Assembly (NCBI GenBank): GCA_010356995.1
Contig: ML996692.1
Location: 1,251,933-1,279,343, forward strand
DNA: 27,411 nucleotides
Source: Trichodelitschia bisporula
Lineage: Eukaryota
Direction: 5' to 3'
The position numbers and the translations under genes are program-made. Shown one piece after another: positions 21,677 to 27,411 of this stretch (position 1 is the first letter of the stretch; each line of letters opens with the position of its first letter). The notes beneath the pieces are model-generated. The model was not told the DNA's origin. It made no database searches and saw nothing but the letters and a program-made list of their open reading frames with translations.

Positions 21677-23118
21677 TCATGATGCCGGCATTGGCATCAC
21701 GGCCGGACTCTTCTGGCCATTTCTTCCAACCGCTCGCACACCGAAAATGACATTGTCCTTACTAATTGGCAACGTGGCACTGCCAATGTTGCCGACATCG
21801 CGGTAGAATTCCCACAGCGGTGCATCTGTCCTCCGCCAGACGATCTCATACCCCTTGAGGTCCGATTCCGCACTTCTCGTCCAGCGCAGGCGGCTATCGT
21901 CAGCAAGCGTGGTAGTGTCGATCACGACATTGCGAGGCCTACCAGGCGCGCTGGCCAGCGACCACAGCGTGGCGAGATTGAGCCGTGTTACGCGAGCAAC
22001 AAAGTCGTAGTCGATGAATTCCGGCAGATCGCCATACTGCTTACCATTGACCATGCGCACATCCTGATGCTGGTGCGTGAAGTCCTCATTGGGCTCGGTG
22101 AAGCGAACGGCCGCATAGCCCTGCTGCAAGAAGCTAGAGTGGTCGCCGCCCCGCAGATAGCGGTCCAGCCGGTATACCGTCTGGGTCCGCATCTCCGGCA
22201 GCTGGGTCTCACCGATGAAGCGCGCTAGCTCCCGTGCCGGTGAGTCGTTTTCTCCTCCGATGTTTAATCGGCGCCGTGCCTCGGCTGCGGATTCGGTCAG
22301 CGGCGGTCCTTGCGCGAAGACTCGGATGCTGTGCGCATCACGTTGGCCCCGCGCGCCAACAGAGCTGCCGACAATGTCGTTGTTCAGCATGGCCTCGACA
22401 TAGGTGCCATTCTTCTTCAGCGACTGTGCCAGGAATGCCGATCCGTAAAGGCCTTGCTCCTCGCCCGCTACGGCGGCGAAGATGATGGTGGCCTTAGGTG
22501 GCCGCTGAGAGATGATCCGGCAGAGCTCCATCACGACTGCTGAGATGAGATAACGCTGGGAATAACGGGTTTAAACCTACCAGCCACTCCCGAGGCATCG
22601 TCATTGGCTCCAGGCGCGTCGCTTTCGTAGTCGTTCACGTCCGTAACCCTGCTATCGTAGTGTCCGGCAACCACGTAGACGCGCGACGGATCGGCCGTGC
22701 CCTCGAGTGTTGCAACGACGTTGCTGATGCGCACGGGGAATGGGATGCGCGATGCGACGCCTTGATCGTAGCCCGGGGTGTCGACGGTCAGCCTGACGCC
22801 CGCTGCTGCGGCGTAGCGTTGCATCTCCGTCGCGATCCAGTCACGCGCGGCGCCGATGCCGCGCTTGGGGTCGGTTTGCGTGGAGAGCGTGTGACGCGTG
22901 CCGAAGGAGACGAGTTTTTCCACCGTGTGCCGTATGCGGGCCGGGTCGACGGCGTCAAGGAGACTCTGGAGCTCGGGGTCGGGAATCCGTCGTTCTACTG
23001 CAGTGCCAACGCCTTGCCATTCTGGTGCAGGCCACGAACAGTTGCCAGTTACGAAGGGAAAGGTCTGCGCGCTCAGCGACGCAGCGAGGGACAACAGGAG
23101 CCATGCCGCCAGAGCCAT
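21677..23118 (-). CDS. Secreted M28-family Zn-dependent exopeptidase with FN3-like C-terminus, ~465 aa, 2 exons (23118-22581, 22536-21677)
   Basis: Signal peptide MALAAWLLLSLAASLSA. Zn-ligand motifs VVAGHYDS, APGANDDASGVA, AGEEQGLYGS, MLNNDIVG, RGGDHSSF and HQH. One 44-nt intron. Confidence 0.92.
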
Positions 23119-23417
23119 TCTGTGCTGTCAAGCTGTCGTTGAACGAGTATCCTGAACATGTCTTCACCGTCGTGCATTTTGATCTCGAATCGAAGCCGAT
23201 ATATTGCATGTCGTCAGGTCGATATAGTACCCGCAGTGTGCTTGGGCCCCCGTGGTCCCCATGGCCCCGTAAGGCTGATTTCCGCTGATGCCTCAGCGCC
23301 TGACAGTGGCCAGCGACGTCAACCCCTGTCAAAATGTTGGTACGAACAGGTGGACATTGCTATGCTCCCCCAACACCACACACATTCACGCGACGGGCGA
23401 ACCCGTCCTTTTTCGCC

Positions 23418-24267
23418 ATGGTACGTCTTTCACATCATATGGGTCTACGCTAACATGTTAGAACGCGCTCTACAACTCGGCGCTCCGGCAAGGCTCGTCG
23501 ATCCGCAGAGACCTGGACACGCTGGCGGAAGGAGCGCAATCATCCCCAGCGCTTCTCGGTGCGTGCCCTCTCCTTTCAGGGGGTCATCGAGCTGTCTAAC
23601 CAGCACAGGCCAGATCAACGCCTCACTCACATCCTTTTCGCGTACCATTGAGGACTACAACAAGTTGGCCAAGCAGGAGCTCGTGGCAGAGAAGCAAGCA
23701 AAGGCCTTCGAGCGCGTGAAGACCTTCCGCACCGAGCTGACCGATTATCGCGCTCGTTTAGAACACACCAAGCGGGAGGCCGAAGAGGCAGTGCGTTATT
23801 TCCGCCTCGATCCTCGACTCAGCTGATCGCTGTAGCAAACAACCCAGGCCCGCACCGAGCTGCTTGGTCGCCGTCCACACCATGCCGCTACGCCGGAGAA
23901 CCCTTACGCCGGCGCGTCCACGCCGCAGGGCCGCTACGGTGGCCACGCTTCTGCTTTTGGGGCGGCGCCGGCGGATGTTCCCCGCGAGGCGCACGCCCTG
24001 CGCGAGCAGACCTTCTTCCAGCAGACGCATACGCAAATCGACGAGTTCCTCGAGCGTGGGGCCGATGTGCTCGCGGGCCTTGGACAGCAGCGCGAGATGC
24101 TCAAGGGCACGCAGCGCAAGTTGTATAGTGTCGGTAACACGTTGGGTATCAGCGGCGACACCATCCGGCGGGTCGAGCGTCGCGCACGGCAAGACAAGTG
24201 GATCTTCTGGGGTGGAGTAATAATCTTTTTTGTCTTTTGCTACTTTGTGCTGCGGTGGCTGCGGTAG
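23418..24267 (+). CDS. BOS1: ER-Golgi Qb-SNARE Bos1 (membrin), ~237 aa, 4 exons (23418-23420, 23462-23558, 23609-23790, 23836-24267)
   Basis: MNALYNSALRQGSSIRRDLD, GQINASLTSFSRTIEDY, RTELLGRRPH, SNARE helix QQREMLKGTQRKLYSVGNTLGISGDTIRRVERRARQDKWIFW and a C-terminal TM. The first exon is ATG only. Confidence 0.93.
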
Positions 24268-24369
24268 GCGTTTGCTCGGGGTCTGGCGTTACTGGGCAGA
24301 TTTGGCCAGATATGGGCAGTTTGAATTGAGCGACGTAATGGTACAGGTCTCTACATTGACAATCATATC

Positions 24370-25347
24370 TCACAGTATCAGCTCACCGACATCATCACGA
24401 AACAGATCATCCTCGCTCAGGTAATCGTCGTCGTCGTACATCACCCCTGAAGCAGCATCCTCCATCATATCCTGTCGCCGGGCCAGGTCGTACACATTAC
24501 GACCCAGCTCGTGCACGCTGTGGCTCAACTCGTTCACCTTGCGGTCCAGCGCATCCCTCCCATCAAGTCCGCCTTGTCCCATCAGCATCCCACGCCGCCC
24601 AAACCTACGGCCCTGCGGCCGCAAGTAAGGTGGTCGTCTCCCCAGATGCAACCCCCGTCCACCGGGGAAATCGAGTGCTGGAATATCCACGCGCTGCAAG
24701 ACCTCAGCGATGCTACGACACACCTGTAGCCCCGCCGTAGTCCGCGCCACACGCGACAGCTCCTCCAGGACGAGTGGTCCACGCGCGATAATGATTTCAC
24801 GCAGACAGGCGGCCAACTCGATCTCGCGGCCGCCGGACAGGAGGACCGTGCGTGCCCAGTTCAACACTTCGCCCGGACTGAGGCTCAGCGTGATTGCAGC
24901 GCCATGCTTGGCGAAGAATTGACATAACACACGGCGGATGCGGTTTGAGCGGCCCAAGGCCGCGATATCGGCGAAAGACTTGAACAGCCGGAATGTGTGC
25001 TGGAAGTTTGGGTAGAGCGATAGATACTCGCGCTCGAAGGTCGTCTCCAGGGCCTCCATTATGTCCAGCGCCGGGATCTCGGAGGGCCCGACGTGGCGGG
25101 CAAGGGAGGTGAGGAGGATGTGCATTGCTTCCATCAGCGCCTTGGTGTCTACGGGGTGGAGGAAGGGCATGAGTTGCAGGATTATGGGGCGCAGGTCGAT
25201 GACGCGTTTGAACTCGGCTAGCTGGGCTAGCCCGGGGAGATAGGCTTGCAGCACGCGCTGGTCGACGATTTGGCAGCGGCCGGGGCCGGTTGCGATGGCG
25301 ACGTCGTTGTGGAAGGGACGTAGGGGGCGGCGGGTGAGGAGATCCAT
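24370..25347 (-). CDS. Hypothetical protein, 325 aa, intronless; possible degenerate N-terminal BTB/POZ-like fold
   Basis: Long ORF with natural composition, ATG in a good context (CAAACCATGG), and TATAAA about 65 nt upstream. It has a helical core, a Gly/Arg-rich segment, a short coiled coil and an acidic tail. Confidence 0.75.
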   Translation of the reverse strand: MDLLTRRPLRPFHNDVAIATGPGRCQIVDQRVLQAYLPGLAQLAEFKRVIDLRPIILQLMPFLHPVDTKALMEAMHILLTSLARHVGPSEIPALDIMEALETTFEREYLSLYPNFQHTFRLFKSFADIAALGRSNRIRRVLCQFFAKHGAAITLSLSPGEVLNWARTVLLSGGREIELAACLREIIIARGPLVLEELSRVARTTAGLQVCRSIAEVLQRVDIPALDFPGGRGLHLGRRPPYLRPQGRRFGRRGMLMGQGGLDGRDALDRKVNELSHSVHELGRNVYDLARRQDMMEDAASGVMYDDDDYLSEDDLFRDDVGELIL

Positions 25348-25655
25348 GGTTTGCAGTGTAGTTTGCAGTGAGTTTTGCACTGGCAAGCACCTGGCCGCGG
25401 CTGCCTGTCTTTATAACTGTCTGTCATGGCGGGCAAACTGGTCGTGAACTGCTCCTTGTGCTACCGGACGATGTTTGCGTTCGTGGCTGTGTTGCCGAGC
25501 AGCGCAAACACCTGGCATGGAGCGGCAGGGCGGGCGGTCTGAGATGGCTTGAGTGGCTGCTATGGCCTTGCGGTGGACTGTCGATGGCGTATCTCGGCCC
25601 GCATCGGTCACAAGCTGTCGTCATCCGCGTGGTTCTGTTGCACTGTGCAACACAT

Positions 25656-25735
25656 CCCACGCTCTTGCTCTTCAGGCGGGTACGACTGACGAAGGCGAAG
25701 CGACAACGCGCCCCACGTTCTTGCTCTTCAGGCGG
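25656..25735. repeat. 24-bp direct repeat pair (1 mismatch)
   Basis: CCCACG(C/T)TCTTGCTCTTCAGGCGG at 25656-25679 and 25712-25735. Confidence 0.9.
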
Positions 25736-26423
25736 TTCCAAGTGATGAAGTCGAAGTGACGGCGAGGTACTTCTTGCATCTTCCACGCCCATCCGATAGC
25801 GGACACCGAATCTGTCCCACCGTCCGCTTCCAAATCCGCTGATGAGTTCGAAGGTGCGGGTGACAGGCCATTGGGTTTGTTGGAATGACAGCTGCTGCCT
25901 CTGGGTGGTGGGTAGGAGTATATGACATCAAGGTAAGTATTCTCAAGGCACTCATGAGTACGGAAGGTATCGTTTGTATTCTGGAAGGGACCTATCTGCG
26001 AGGAAGGCAGGAAGCGAGGGTCAACACCTGGCCTAAGGGCAGGTATTGGCCAGGACAGTGGAAGGCGATATGGGACTACTGTTGTATATACTGCTGAGGG
26101 CCTTGCGACCCTGTTGTCTTCTTTGTCTTTTCCCAACCTTTTCAAAGGCTTACTTGCACTTTGCCTGCGATTAAGCCTTGCATGACCTACCATCTATCAT
26201 ACTTTCGCCCACTCAGGCCGCCATCCGGAGTTGCATATTCCAGCGGATCGCGCACCATCTTCCCAATGCCGAGATATTCAAACCATGTACAGCTAGCCTC
26301 AAGGAAGGGAAGCACCGGGCGGGTTCGTAGGTGCTTAAATCCACCCAACATCGTCTAACAATGCTGATCGCTGGTGGTGTCCAGTCTGAAGTGGTGGGAC
26401 ATATGAAAGTGGGGCTCACGCAA

Positions 26424-26447
26424 GCGCAGGCGCAGGCGCAGGCGCAG
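26424..26447. repeat. (GCGCAG)4 hexanucleotide microsatellite
   Basis: Four perfect tandem units in the intergenic region. Confidence 0.9.
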
Positions 26448-26923
26448 GGGCGACCCGTCAGATCCCTGCATGCCGATCCAACTTGCTCAGTTTCAACATC
26501 AAGCCGTCAACTGTTCACCTCAGTTTTCAGAGCGATATGATGCTCCACGTTTGCACTCATTTTTGCTTGCCATGCTGCAACCCTCCCTCCGCTTCTAGCC
26601 CGGCGAGCTCCCACTGGTCCTCCTTCTGGAGTTGGGGGACAGTGTGGCCCTCGAGATAGGCTGTCTGTGGTCAGGCTGCGCCCCCCGGTGCCGGTACCAA
26701 CTGCAGCTGCTACTGGATGGCCAGGATACACCGAGAATGCCTTTGCGCACTTGTCACAGCCTCCATGTAGTACACGGGGCTGGGAGCGCCGAGCCCCTCC
26801 GCACTGAGTACTCCCACAGCTGAGGGCGAGTCGCTCGCGGACCTGGTTCATTTCCCATCAGCTTTTCGCCTCTCTAGCATCTCGGATCTGATGGACGAAG
26901 CGTCTTGACAGCTCTGAACCATT

Positions 26924-27411
26924 ATGGTACGTATGTTTCTTCTCCGTAACCCCTTCTTCCTTGGGGTCGACTGTATTCCATTTTCTCCGCGATGTGCGGT
27001 GCAGTTGTATCGCCGTTTCTGAGCTCTGTCGACCATCGCATTTTGGCCCTACTGACTGTGTTCAAGCTCAGATTTCTGTTTAGCCCAAAGCCCACACATG
27101 GCAAGAAGCGCGATAGAGCTGTTGATGGGATCGAGTCGGACGCAGCTGATGATCACGTTGCACGCCGTGTCTGCGTCGGCCAACCCCCTCCCGAGCCCGG
27201 CGAGCAGCGCGTGTCACGATCATCATCGAGTCCCGGCCCCACAGGTCGCGAGACGGTTGTTCCCACATCGCTACCAAACTTGCGCACCCTAACCCTCGTC
27301 GCGGCGCCGAGCGGTTCTCCCGCTGTGGATGTCATATTCGTTCACGGACTCGGTGGTTCAAGCCATGCAACCTGGGCCAAAGGCGGCAACCCGGAGCTCT
27401 TCTGGCCAGGT
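26924..27411 (+). CDS. 5' end of a SesB/SERAC1/PGAP1-like alpha/beta-hydrolase protein, probably the N-terminal effector domain of a NACHT(-WD40) fungal NLR; partial (exons 26924-26926, 27067->27411)
   Basis: The ATG is followed directly by a GTACGT donor, with an ACTGAC branch site and an AAG acceptor at 27066. The spliced frame MLRFLFSPKP...PAVDVIFVHGLGGSSHATWAKGGNPELFWPG is open to the window edge and carries the D(V/I)IFVHGLGG..TW...FWP motif of this family. It is absent from the ORF track. The NACHT domain is not in the window. Confidence 0.8.

Noticed and set aside
13734..24267. GYP8, SRP68 and BOS1 as an early-secretory-pathway cluster
   Set aside because: They are interspersed with unrelated genes, and chance proximity of common housekeeping genes is sufficient.
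25656..25735. Repeat-spacer-repeat with CRISPR-like dimensions (also 2099-2191)
   Set aside because: Only 2-3 copies, eukaryotic intron-containing context, and no cas genes.
25672..26193. 173-aa minus-strand ORF in the divergent intergenic region
   Set aside because: Non-ATG start, no motifs and no supporting splice structure.

Overview
This is a gene-dense, GC-rich window from a filamentous ascomycete (Pezizomycotina, likely Dothideomycete-like), with short spliceosomal introns (mostly 41-63 nt; GT..CTRAY..YAG). Most track ORFs are exon fragments or antisense shadows, so I assembled gene models by hand from splice signals and frame continuity. In order: a 6-exon Gly/Leu-rich small secreted protein (-), a METTL16-like U6/mRNA m6A methyltransferase (-), MET8 (-), ACH1 (-), an Mms1/DDB1-like beta-propeller protein (-), a GYP8/TBC1D20 Rab-GAP (+), SRP68 (-), a CYA5/PET309-like mitochondrial PPR protein (+), a 63-aa microprotein (-), a secreted M28 peptidase (-), the BOS1 SNARE (+), an intronless orphan with a possible degenerate BTB fold (-), and the 5' end of a SesB/SERAC1-type alpha/beta-hydrolase gene, probably a fungal NLR (+, truncated by the window edge). 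I found no tRNA, rRNA, transposon or CRISPR. The most unusual item is the secreted protein, built from symmetric phase-1 mini-exons with one GLLGG/GLFGG motif each. Next are the orphan/NLR-like head-to-head pair and possible sulfur/SAM-linked regulation at the MET8-METTL16 pair. Family assignments come from motif recognition, not database searches.
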